This document shows positions 41,438-53,109 of a DNA stretch of 64,000 bases, piece by piece. Positions within the stretch are counted from its first letter, which is position 1. The number at the start of each line of letters is the position of its first letter. The DNA comes from Guillardia theta CCMP2712 (taxonomy: Eukaryota; Protista; Cryptophyta). A program made the position numbers and the translations under genes. The stretch covers positions 727,313-791,312 of the forward strand of contig NW_005434651.1 in assembly GCF_000315625.1 (NCBI RefSeq). The letters are read 5' to 3'. A model generated the notes under the pieces. It did not search any database. It was not told the origin of the DNA and saw nothing but the letters and a program-made list of their open reading frames with translations.

Positions 41438-44400
41438 ATGACCAGCAGCAACCATAGCTGGATCCTCAACTCCCTCCACGATCAGAAGCATGACGGCTTC
41501 CTCTATACCTTCTTTGGGATCTCGTCCAAGGCAGGGATCGGCAGGCAGAGCTCAAGGCTGGTCCACCCCGACTCCCTGTTCATGCACGTACGCCGAGCTG
41601 AGGGCAGGGGAGGAGGGAGGAGGGACGAGGGGGGCGGGGAGGAGGGACGAGGGACGAGGGGGGCAGGGAGGAGGAAGGTTGATGCTGGTGTAGGTGACCA
41701 AGGTCGTGTCGAACATCCTCGTCATCTACATCCTGGTGGTGACTCAAGTCGAGGTGCTCTTGGTGAGGTTCGCGCCGCCATGACCTGAGTGTGCTGGTCA
41801 GGTTGGGTTCTACTGGAACCATCCTGTGTGCGACCGGTTTTCAACCGCCTACTTCGATGTCGGGCCCTTTGCGATGCTTCTTCAGTGCCTCCCTGATGTT
41901 GAGCCTGTACAGATCGCGGTCGATGTGTTCTTCATGGTTCAAGTAGGGGTTCAGTTTCTTGTCGGGGTGTACATCGATGGGGTGTACTACGACGACATGT
42001 TCTCTGTGGCAATGCACTACATCTCAACGAAGCTCTCGTGAGAAGAACGATTGTGCTCCAGTCTGATTGTTTCTCTTCTCTGTTCTTGTTGATGTTTGTC
42101 CCTGTGTGTTAGGTTGACGCTCCTCCTCTTTGTGACAGGCTCGATATCATCACCAGCATTCCAGTCAGCACAGTTCAGTTTCTGGTGCAGCAGAATGTGT
42201 GCTGGTTGAGCGAGAACAGCTCTTTGGATAAGTTCAACAGCAAAGAACTGATGCAGATCTTGCGGCTGCTTCGGTTGCTCAAGTTGTTCCGCCTGTTCCG
42301 GACAGCTCCGGAGATTGTCAAGTTTGTCGATGTCGTGGAGAAGCTCCTGCGCATTCCTGTGTTCCTGACGAGGCTGTTCCGTCTGCTGATCGCCATCAGT
42401 TGCACTGTCCACTCAGGTGAGCCTTTCGCACCGGGAGGTTGATGTTGTGCTCATGCACATGCGACAGTCGCGTGCTTGTTCTGGCTGGTCAAGACGATGT
42501 CGACAGGGGAGGAGGAGCTTTCTATCTTCTACCAATCGAACAACCTGGGAGACGCCCCTTCTCTCTTCCAACGCTACATAGTTGCCTCGTACTTCGTCAC
42601 CACAGTCTTCACTACCGTTGGGTTTGGAGACATTGCCGCGGTACTGAGGGAGGGCCGATGACTGGAGAGGAGATGCCGTTGATGAGCTGCCGTTGATGAG
42701 ATGCCGTTGATGAGATGTTGTTTATGCAATGTTGTTGATGAGATGTAGTTCATGATTCTCATCTGCTCGATAGCGTATCGTTGATGACATATAGCTGACA
42801 TCTGTTGTCTGCTTTTCTGACATGTGCTCTCCATCGCCGTGCTTGACGACTTGGCCCTCACTCAGGAAAACAGTGCGGAGAGATTGTTTTCCATCTTGTG
42901 CATGTACGTCGGGGTTATTGTCTTCGGTGATGCAATCTTTCAGAATCCCTCCCCCTCCCCTTCCTCTCTTATTCTTTCTCCTTGCTACCTCTCCCTCTCC
43001 TTCCTCTCTTATTCTTACTCCTTGCTCCCTCACTCTTTCTCTTCCCTCTTCTCTGGCTCCCTTTCTCCGTCTCAATAAGTCACACTTGTTCTCGCTCCTT
43101 CACTCTTTCCCTTCCTCTACAGCCTTTCTCGCTCTCGTCCACAACCCACCCACCCCTTCCCTCATCCCTCTCTCGATCCGTACGCTTCTCTTCTCGTACT
43201 GCTTGACATCTGTTTCACCCTCCTCAGCATCCTTTCTCCTCTTACAGGAAGCTTGCAGGTATGTTGCTGTCGGAAGTTCAGAGCACGATTGAGGATCTTT
43301 TCGAGCACAACAGACGCAAGAACTTCATCCTTCAGCGGGTGAGATCACCCGAGTCGGAGGGGAGGGAGAGAGGAAGGGATATCGTGACTCGGCTTGTTCA
43401 GATCAAGGACTTCATGTATCAGGAGAATGTTCCGATCGACCTCAGCAACAAGATTCTCAAGTGGGTAGCGTTCGACTTCTCCCAACAGGTGGTGAGGGAT
43501 AAGAAGGCAGAGGCTCTGGAGAACATTCCGGTGGGTCTCGAATGCTCTGAATGAGCGCGTCGGATGATGAGAAATGTGTTGATGTCATGTTGAAGAGAGA
43601 GATGTTCTGATATCAAGAAATCCGTGTGATTGATATCAGCGCATTGCTTGTCCTTATCCCTTGATGATCCTGGAGCATCGAAACATGTATGTTTTAATTG
43701 ATCTCAAATACCGTCATTAGATGCGAATTTTGGATCTTGTCACAAACACCCGTTTACCATCATCATCTGACTTCATGCGTTCACAGGTGGTGTTTAGACG
43801 GGCGATTCAATCTCACCTGCACAACGGAATGCTCTACAGCGTTTCCTTCTTGTGCCACCTCTCAAGCAAATACCGTGAGGATTTCCTGGTCTGCTGCTGC
43901 GAGTGCTGTCCGGCAGATTACTGAGCTCCAGTCACACAGGTTGACTTGTTTTCAAACATGGAGACTATCACCTTCCCAAAGTGATCAGCTTGCTTGTTTG
44001 CTTGCAAACAACCATCTGTTACTCATCGAGTGTCTCGTCAGGAACTATCCCATCGCGACACAAGGGACTACGGCTGATCGACTCTACATCATCAAGCATG
44101 GAAACATCAAGGTTTTTCTTTGAGCCCTCCCTCCCCACCTCTCACTCACTTCCCACTCGCCCTTCCTGCGATCTTCAATGCCCTACCCTCTCCTCATCCT
44201 CCTCGCAAGCTCAACGTCTCCCCACTCTCTCACCCCTTCCTTCAGGTCACTCTGCCCGACGGTCAGACCATCTCAACTCTGGGCCCGCGGGAGTTCTTCG
44301 GAGAGCATTGCATCCTCGGAGAAAACACCTGGAAGACTTCCTTCGGCGTCGCCTGCGAGTTCGTGGCCATGTCGTTCGTGATCTGCGTCACTCTCAGCAG

Positions 44401-45664
44401 GAGCTCCTTCCTGCAGGTGCTCGACTCCTACCCGCCCGAGCTCAAGCTAGAGATTGAGAAGCAGCTCAATACCCTCCAGTACGTCCGCATGTGCCAGCAG
44501 TCCATGTGGAAGGAGGTGGCGGGAGGAGAGGGGAGGGAGGCAGGAGAGGATGGAGGAAAGGAGGAGGGAGGAGGTGGGGAAGGAGAGAAGCAGGGAGGAA
44601 GGAACGAGAGAGAAGGGGAGGAAGAAGACGATGGCAAAGAGCGGGGAAGGAAGCAAGTTTCAGCTGCGCGGGTGACGAGATTGGCGAGGTTCTACGCCAT
44701 GGTAACCAAGGTCGTGCACTACATCCGGCACCGAGACAGCGCGAAGGACAGCAAGCTCGTGCTCGAGCGAGCGGCAGCGAACATCCAGCGCAAGAAGGAG
44801 CGAGGGAAGAAGAGAGGTCACTTGCTCAAGAGGTGGAGCCTTACAACCAACCTCTTCTCCTCCTCCTCCTCCTCCCTCCCTGTCGAGCTCCCGAAGCTCG
44901 ACGGGACCTCGGGCCTGCCCGTGGGAGTGGAGAGGAAAGGATCAAGTCGCAGAGGGTCCTCCCAGTCTGCCAAAGTCTCCTACTCCCGCAGGGGCGATCA
45001 TGGTATTCCTGCCCCAGCTGCATCAGCGGCTGCTCCCCAGAGCTGCGAGGAGACGGAGGAGAAATGTGGGAAGTGCGAGGGGAGGATACGGCAGCTGTCG
45101 GAGGAGATGAAAAGCATGAGTGAGAGGATGGCTCTGGTGCAGGAGCAGACGATGAGCAAGCTGGAGAGGATCGAGCAGCTGCTGATAAAGAGCGAGGAGG
45201 AGAAGCACGCGAAGGAGGGGAAGAGAGTGAAGGAGGACCTGCAGACCGATGGCTTGCTGAGCAGAGCAAAGAGCGTCGAGGATCGGAAGCCTTCAAGTCT
45301 TGCGAACGGGAAGATGGGAAATGCCGCATCAGTGCATGGAGGAGCAAAGCGTCTGATGATGATCGGAGGAGGGAGGGGAAGAGCAGCAGGAGCAGCAGGA
45401 GCAGGACTCAGCTACAGGGGACCAGGACCAGGACCAAGTGGAGCAGGAGCAGGAGCAGGAGCTGGAGCAGGAGCTGGAAGAGGGCTTCCAGGGAGGACCA
45501 GGGACGATCATGACCTCTCTCTCGCTTTCTCGTCGACGATCTCGGACGTGCTGCAGTCAATCGGTTGGAGCAGAGAGGACGCGAGGAAAATGCTCGACGG
45601 GAGGAGGGAGGACGGGGGACTTTTCTCTCTACCGTCAGCGAACAGGAAGACCTTCGATGTGTAA
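41438..45664 (+). CDS. Cyclic-nucleotide-binding-domain voltage-gated K+ channel (KCNH/HCN/CNG superfamily)
   Basis: S4 ILRLLRLLKLFRLFR; pore YFVTTVFTTVGFGDI; C-linker IKDFMYQENVPIDLSNKILKWV; cNMP domain QGTTADRLYIIKHG..LGPREFFGEHCILG; coiled-coil tail. The start may lie further upstream. Confidence 0.92.
42669..42756. repeat. Degenerate 14-bp minisatellite (GAGATGCCGTTGAT) in channel intron
   Basis: gagatgccgttgat gagctgccgttgat gagatgccgttgat gagatgttgtttat gcaatgttgttgat gagatgtagttcat. Confidence 0.8.
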
Positions 45665-45994
45665 GGAGAGCGAAACTGTGAGGACGAAAAATGGTTGAGA
45701 GGGGATGGCGAAAGAGTTGGAGGGAAAGGAAGGGAGGAGAAGGAGGAGGAGAGGGGGGAGGGGGAGGGGGAGGGGTAGGGAGGGAGGAGGAAGGAGGGAG
45801 GAAGTTCGTTCNNNNNNNNNNNNNNNNNNNNNNNNNNNNNNNNNNNNNNNNNNNNNNNNNNNNNNNNNNNNNNNNNNNNNNNNNNNNNNNNNNNNNNNNN
45901 NNNNNNNNNNNACGTCCTCCTCCTCATCATCCTCATCCTCCTCCTCCTCCTCCTCCTCCCCCTTCCCCCCACAACGCCTGTTGCATCTGCACTG

Positions 45995-46365
45995 ACCTCG
46001 TACTCTTCCTTGGACATCTTCATTTCGTGCTCCTCCGTCACCTGGCTCAGCGGAATCGCCTCACCCTCCACGTACACGATCTCCTGCAAAAGCATGAGAT
46101 TCTCCGGGGAGAGCGACGAGCAGCAAGGGACCTCTACTTCCTCGAACTCTTCCTCCTGCGTTGATACTGGTCAGGAGCAGGGAGAGAGGGAGGGAGGGAG
46201 GGAGGGAGCATTCTTACCTCGTCTTCCATCTCCATTTCGTCCTCCTTCTCCACTTCCTCTGTCTCCATCGCCTCCTCCCGCGCGAGTCTCTGCGTCATGG
46301 ACGTGCAAATCAGATTGAAATCGAGAAATGAGAACTGTGAGAAGGGAAGGAAGGAGGGAGCAGGT

Positions 46366-46426
<61 letters not shown>

Positions 46427-46437
46427 TAGGAGCAGGA

Positions 46438-46472
<35 letters not shown>

Positions 46473-47175
46473 CGAGGACAAGCAGGAAGTGCTTCACCTC
46501 CTGGTCCTTCTGGCACTGCTCCATGTACTGTCGCAAGAAATCTGAAGCAGCCGGATCCTCCGGCATTGCGAGATTCGGTGGCTCGGAGATGGGAGGGGGT
46601 GGGGGCTCTGAGGTGACTGTGAGGAGGAGGAGGAGGAGGAGGAGGAGGAGGAGGAGGAGGAGGAGGAAGGATGGAGAGGAGAGGAAAACGGAGGAGGCAA
46701 GAAGATAGACGGCGGAGGAGGGAGAGGAATCAGGGAGCGGGAGAGACAGAGGGAAGTAGGGAGGACGGGAAGGAAGGAAAGGAAAGATGGGGGAGACACG
46801 GAGGAGGGAGAGGAGGAGGATGACATACTCTTCGCCTGCTCCTGATGACCAGGACGGATCAGTCACGTCACATGATCGCTCCACTCCTACCTGTTGGTTG
46901 TGGTTTGTCTGCAGGGCCATGAAGGAGCCGAGACCTTGGCTGGAGCTAGAGGAGGCTGTACCAAGAGAGAAGGTAGGGGAGAGGAGGGAGAGAGAGTGGA
47001 AAGAGGACGAGTGGGAGTGAGGTTGAAGATGAAGACGAAGAAATGGAAGAGGAAGAGGTAGAAGACGAGGAAGAGGTGGTGGAGACGGATGCGGAAGAAG
47101 AAAACGAGGAGAGTATGGGGAGGACAGTAAGGGGAGGAGAGTGAGAGGAGGAGGGATGATGATGATGACGACGAA

Positions 47176-47208
<33 letters not shown>

Positions 47209-47589
47209 GAGGAGGAGGAGGAGGAGGAGGAGGGGCAGGAGTAGGAAGAGGAAGAGGAGGAGGAGGAGGAGGAGAAGGAGGAGGAGGAGGAGAAGGAGGA
47301 GGAAAAATAATGTCATAATAAGAGTGACAAGAAAGACTCTTATACCAGGTACCACCGGCTTCTGCTCGGCCACCTGCTGGGTGGAGGCACCAGACTCCTC
47401 GATGGAGAGAAGAATCTTGCGCGTCGTAACGGTCTGCAACATCGTTCAAACGGACATGATAAGCAGCTGAAGCTGGAAAAGGGAAGGCGAGGTAGGAGGA
47501 GCAGGAGCAGGAGGAGAAACAGAAGTATGATGCTGCAGATGACGAAAACGAGGAGTAGCAGGAGAAATAGAAGGAGCAGGAGCAGGAGC

Positions 47590-47622
<33 letters not shown>

Positions 47623-49285
47623 AGCAGGAGGAGCAGGAGGAGCAGGCAGGTGCAGCAGCTCGGAAAGGTTGGCAGCAAGAGATGTCGGGTGTTGACCTCC
47701 TTCTCGATGGCGGCATGATGACCGTATCCCCCGCCCTCCCGCGCCTCTTTCCTGCGGAGAGCTTCAGGACGCAGCGGATGGAGGATGGAGACAGACTTGG
47801 TGGGGATGAAGCTGACTTCCGAGCGAGGGGGAGGGAGAATAACCTGCCGCACGAGTTAACCTAGAGGCTGACAGGAGAAGGAGAAGGAGAAGGAGAAGGA
47901 GAAGGAGCAATAGGAGGAGGAGGAGGAGGAGGGGCAGGAGGAGCATTAGCAAGTGTTGTGAACCTCCTCTGACTTCTTGAGAGCATCTATAAGTCGTGAC
48001 AGCTGCTTCTGCATCCTCTGGTGGATGTCCGCCTGACCTGTTTGTCGATGCATCTCAGCGAAGAGGAAAGCTCGCGCGATCGCCCTGATCCCTACCGCCA
48101 TGATCGTTGCTCTTCTCAACCTGCACGCGGTGAGAGGAGGGAGGGCAGGGAGGATGAGAAAGGGGGAGGTAGGAAGGGACGAGGATGGGGAGGAAGAAAA
48201 TGTAGAGGACTAGGAAGGGATCAACATGGAAAGCGATGGAGGAGGACGGGGGAATAGGGAGGACGACAAGAACGACGGAAGGAGGACGAGGGAGGGAGAA
48301 AAGGGGGAGACGGGAGGAAGGGATGGGGGTGGGATGCAGTTACAGTACCTGCTCTTCCAGATCGTTCTCGCAGTACGGACACTGAGAGCAGAGCAGCATC
48401 GCAATGGACGAGCAGCAGCAACGTCAGCAGCAGCAGCAGCAGCAGAAACAGTAGCAGCAAGCAGGAGCAAGAGCAGCAGGAGCGCAGGAGCAGGAGCAGC
48501 AGGAGCAGCAGGAGCAGCAGGAGCAGCAGGAGCAGCAGCAGCAACTTCAGCAGCAACTTCAGCAGCAGGAGAGCAGCGGGCGGTCAAGAGGAGGAGGATC
48601 GCCTCACTTCGAAGCACTCGATGCCAAACTGAAGCTGCTGGACGTCGTGCTCGTCCCAGCACGGATGATTCCCGTCGTCGTCGGTGCAGTTGTTGCACAT
48701 GTACTTGGTGATCGCCTCGACCGGCATCACGTGCAGAGCTTTCTTCATCCTGTGGATTCGGAGCTTGATCGCGTCGATCAGCATCTTGTAGTCGATCCTC
48801 CAGTACTGCTGCATCATCTCCTTTCCTCCCCTCGTCTCCTTCCTAGTGAAGCTGCCGACCCTCGTCAGCGGTAGGACCTGACTCACTTGCTCCCCCTACC
48901 TCTTCACCAGGTAGTTCTTCTCCAGCTTGCTCAGGACCCTTCTCACCTGCACACCGTTCAGGTCATGGCACAGCTCGCGCCGCTGCGTGCTGCTGCCTAC
49001 CGACTTGTGCTGCAACTTCGCCTCTGCCGCTACATCCTCGTCCCTGACACTCGACCTGCCGCGCCGGTCAGCACCACCTGCTACTCCTCGGCCTCCCCTC
49101 CGGGGTACCCCGACTGCTTCGTCATGAACATGACGACGTCCATCACGATCACCGTCTCTTCATCGTAGAACGCGCGCACCACCCTGCCACAAGTCTCAAC
49201 CTCGGAAGGCTTGCCACCAGGGAGCTTACATCCTTGCTATTTCCTCCATGACTTTCATCTGCACCATGTTGTTCTTCACCTCCAT
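45995..49285 (-). CDS. GTF2E1: General transcription factor IIE subunit alpha (last exon in or beyond the gap)
   Basis: ARM|VVRAFYD winged-helix start; QVRRVLSKL; YWRIDYKMLIDAIKLRIHRM; zinc ribbon YMCNNC; C-terminal acidic domain IVYVEGEAIPLSQVTEEHEMKMSKEEYE. Confidence 0.88.
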
Positions 49286-49600
49286 CGTGGCCGACGGATC
49301 GCAGGCTACTGGCCGAGCTCACACGGACAAGGAGGTCTGCGAGCTCAGTGTCAGACACAGTCCAAGAGTTCTCAAAGTTGAGTTCAATGACGGAAGCGAG
49401 AAGGAAGGGGAGGAAGGACGCGACTAGCAGCAATCGCATGCTATGCTGGCAGGGAGGGTGAATGCAGTTATGGCAGAGTGGGGGAGTTGCAGAGAGGCGG
49501 CGAGGGCAACAGCCGAGGATCGAGGATAGGAAGGTGGCAGGCTGGTATTTGCCACGGGCTGACGAGAGGAAGAAAGGCAAGCGAGAGAGGAAGAGGAAGC

Positions 49601-50267
49601 NNNNNNNNNNNNNNNNNNNNNNNNNNNNNNNNNNNNNNNNNNNNNNNNNNNNNNNNNNNNNNNNNNNNNNNNNNNNNNNNNNNNNNNNNNNNNNNNNNNN
49701 NNNNNNNNNNNNNNNNNNNNNNNNNNNNNNNNNNNNNNNNNNNNNNNNNNNNNNNNNNNNNNNNNNNNNNNNNNNNNNNNNNNNNNNNNNNNNNNNNNNN
49801 NNNNNNNNNNNNNNNNNNNNNNNNNNNNNNNNNNNNNNNNNNNNNNNNNNNNNNNNNNNNNNNNNNNNNNNNNNNNNNNNNNNNNNNNNNNNNNNNNNNN
49901 NNNNNNNNNNNNNNNNNNNNNNNNNNNNNNNNNNNNNNNNNNNNNNNNNNNNNNNNNNNNNNNNNNNNNNNNNNNNNNNNNNNNNNNNNNNNNNNNNNNN
50001 NNNNNNNNNNNNNNNNNNNNNNNNNNNNNNNNNNNNNNNNNNNNNNNNNNNNNNNNNNNNNNNNNNNNNNNNNNNNNNNNNNNNNNNNNNNNNNNNNNNN
50101 NNNNNNNNNNNNNNNNNNNNNNNNNNNNNNNNNNNNNNNNNNNNNNNNNNNNNNNNNNNNNNNNNNNNNNNNNNNNNNNNNNNNNNNNNNNNNNNNNNNN
50201 NNNNNNNNNNNNNNNNNNNNNNNNNNNNNNNNNNNNNNNNNNNNNNNNNNNNNNNNNNNNNNNNNNN
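49601..50267. other. Assembly gap (others at 3947-4046, 35162-35417, 40209-40308, 45812-45911, 53554-53653)
   Basis: Runs of N, each flanked by low-complexity repeats. Confidence 0.99.
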
Positions 50268-50337
50268 AGCAGGAGCAGGGTCAGGGTCAGGAGCAGGAGC
50301 AGGAGCAGGAGCGGGAGCAGGAGCGGGAGCGGGAGCG

Positions 50338-50373
<36 letters not shown>

Positions 50374-50946
50374 GGCTTCATATGATCCCATCTAGTGTCT
50401 GGCATGACCCGGGCTCCGGGCCGGAGGCCCGGTAAACTCTTGAGTCGTACTGATTTTTAACTTAACTTTGAGTAAATAGCTTTTCAGTCAACTTCACAAG
50501 AACCCTGGATCATCAAGGTACCCCCCTTTTGACCTAGTATTGGACCCCTACCGATTCCGAGCAGTCGTAAGATACCAGGGGTGGTGGGGATAGGGATGAG
50601 AAGGGAGGGGTACACTGTCATGGGACCCTGGGGGAATGCCTGGCCAGGGCAGGCAGGGGATGAGGATGGAGAGGGAGAGAGAGAGGGAGAGAGAGGAGAG
50701 GAGGTCAGAGGAGAGGGGGAGCTGAGAGAGGGAGTGGACATCAGTGCAGACAGAGCAGGTGGGAGGGAAGGAGAGAGGGGGGAGAGGAGGGGGGGAAAGT
50801 AGGGAACGGAAGAAGACGCTGACGAAAGGAAGGAGAACGGTAAGCTCAACATATTCTTCATCGATGGACAGAGAGAGCAAGAAACAATTACGGAGCCGAA
50901 CAGACAGAAAGGGTTGATTGCAACACGTCAAGTCAGAAAACTGGTC

Positions 50947-52914
50947 ATGACTTCTTCAAACTTCCCTGCGCCTTATGCCAACACACTCAGGCGTCAAACG
51001 ATCATATCTCACCAAAATTCAGCCTCTTTGCCATCTAACACGAACCGAGATCATGAAATTCAGGATACAAACAACCCGATGGCGTCCAGCATTTACATCC
51101 GCAGAAGAAGGAGCTCGGTTCTGAGGAATGGATTCTATCAGAACAGTGTTGAGTTAGAGAAGCAATTGAATGATAGCGTGAACAAGCAGCTCTATGAAGT
51201 GAAAGACGCTGTGATCAACGCAAGCTACCCGTCATTGTTCTACTCCTCGCAACCCATCGTTACCTCCCTGACCAGAGCGAGCGTCCAAGCATTCTTTCTG
51301 GTGATCGCATTTCTCGCCTGGAAGGAGACCGTACAAGACTACTTGCACTCGACCAGCCATGGCATTGAGAACAGCCGAAGATTGCGGTTTACTGTCATTG
51401 AACTGGAGGGTGAAGCATGCGCAGCCGTGACCAATGTGAACGGCGTGTTGTTGCTGTTGGAGGGGAGACCGGTGATGGATGGTTGTGTCAACCATCAACA
51501 AGAGAACTCATTGATCATTGAATGCCGCGAAAGCCGAAGATGGAATTCTTGGATGCTGAACCACACAAGGGGGACGAAGTTTCCAGTAAGATTCTACCTT
51601 GAAGATCACGATGCAACGGAGATGAGATGGAAAGTTGTTGGCTCGTCGTCCTACATGACGTATGCTTCAAGGCATATCTACTTCCATGGGCGGTTCAGTC
51701 CTAGGTCTACGGAGGTTGGATTGCACGAGTTCAGCAACAAGCCCAGCTGCCTGCAGTACCTGCATATGCTGCATCCCTTGATCACAGGGATTTCTATGAC
51801 AACAGTGGCGTTCTGTGGAATGCTTGGAAGAGAGCTTTGGGGCAAGAAAATCATGAAGTTCTTCGGGATGTCGAGGTTTGCAGTGACATGCTTGTTGCTT
51901 GGTGTAGAACTTTCGCTGCCTCCACCCAACGGAGACAAGAGCATCACTTATCACGCGATGCTCCTTGCCAATGGTGTGTTCACAGTGTGCTTCCTGGCTA
52001 AGGTCAAGCGTGAGGAGCTGTTGGCCTCCCTTGTGAACACAGGTGTTATGTTGACTCTGACTGCAATCGTCCTGGCGGGATACCATCACCGAGGATTTCT
52101 TTCGCCCGCTATCAGCCTTGGCTTGTACGGGATTGTGATCCTGGTGTTTCCGGTGTACGTTATCTGTTACCGAGTCGCGATTTCCTTTCAAGCCCACTCC
52201 CTGGTTCTCAAGGACAAACAAGCCTACGACGAGGTGTGGGAGGCTGTCGCTGCCAACAGCAAGGAGCAGATCCTGCAGCTGCTGGAGTCGGTGGATGCTG
52301 TGCAGGAGACGATCGAAGGGGACTACTTACAGTACTCCAAGAGAGACTTTCAGACAAGCAAGAAGCTTGAGGTCAACCTCGATGACCTCTATGATGCTGC
52401 TCGTGAGGTGCTTCCGCTGCTGAGGAGCAAGGTGGTACAAGTCGCGTCGGGGTCGGGAGGGATGCTGCCTGTTCAGATAGTGGACGGGGGCATACACTAC
52501 ATGAAGATCCACCACCAGAGCTCGTTGGAGTTGTTCTGGGTCAAGTGGGCATCGCTGAAGAGCAGGAGGAGGTCAGTGGAGAAGATCGTCCGGACGTACT
52601 CGGGCGACGTCTACAAGCTCACTGACGTCGCTCGGCAGTCCATCATCTTCCACGACGTAGAGGCGCTCGTAACCTGTCTTCGCCTTCTGCAACAGGACCC
52701 CGACATTCAGATCGTCAGGGTCAAGAACAGGCTCGACCCGGACCATGCCTCGTGGCAGACTGCTGGCTACCGGGACCTGATGCTCAAGTTGAGGTTCGTG
52801 TCGAAGCCCTGGCACACCTGCGAACTGCAGTGCATTCTGTGGTCCTTCCACCAGCTCAAGTCCTGCTATGGTCATCAGCGGTATGTAGAGTTCAGAAACA
52901 TCCTCGGAACATGA
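50947..52914 (+). CDS. Intronless multi-pass membrane protein with C-terminal RelA/SpoT-like nucleotidyltransferase domain
   Basis: About 6 hydrophobic helices. Ordered C-terminal motifs LKSRRRSVEK, LTDVAR, VKNRL, GYRD, CELQ and GHQRY correspond to the RSH synthetase motif series. An alternative start lies at 51079. Confidence 0.85.
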   Translation: MTSSNFPAPYANTLRRQTIISHQNSASLPSNTNRDHEIQDTNNPMASSIYIRRRRSSVLRNGFYQNSVELEKQLNDSVNKQLYEVKDAVINASYPSLFYSSQPIVTSLTRASVQAFFLVIAFLAWKETVQDYLHSTSHGIENSRRLRFTVIELEGEACAAVTNVNGVLLLLEGRPVMDGCVNHQQENSLIIECRESRRWNSWMLNHTRGTKFPVRFYLEDHDATEMRWKVVGSSSYMTYASRHIYFHGRFSPRSTEVGLHEFSNKPSCLQYLHMLHPLITGISMTTVAFCGMLGRELWGKKIMKFFGMSRFAVTCLLLGVELSLPPPNGDKSITYHAMLLANGVFTVCFLAKVKREELLASLVNTGVMLTLTAIVLAGYHHRGFLSPAISLGLYGIVILVFPVYVICYRVAISFQAHSLVLKDKQAYDEVWEAVAANSKEQILQLLESVDAVQETIEGDYLQYSKRDFQTSKKLEVNLDDLYDAAREVLPLLRSKVVQVASGSGGMLPVQIVDGGIHYMKIHHQSSLELFWVKWASLKSRRRSVEKIVRTYSGDVYKLTDVARQSIIFHDVEALVTCLRLLQQDPDIQIVRVKNRLDPDHASWQTAGYRDLMLKLRFVSKPWHTCELQCILWSFHQLKSCYGHQRYVEFRNILGT

Positions 52915-53025
52915 GGATGGGTGTGGGATAGCAAATGATGATAATGAAATTGATGCCCATGGACCCACTACTCGTTGCCCCTGCCCCTTCCCCTGCTCCT
53001 CCTCCTGCTGCTGCTCCTCCTCCTG

Positions 53026-53109
<84 letters not shown>

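Noticed and set aside
42669-42756. CRISPR-like repeat array
   Set aside because: Units are directly tandem with no unique spacers, lie in an intron, and no cas genes are present. The same applies to the repeat at 6101-6170.
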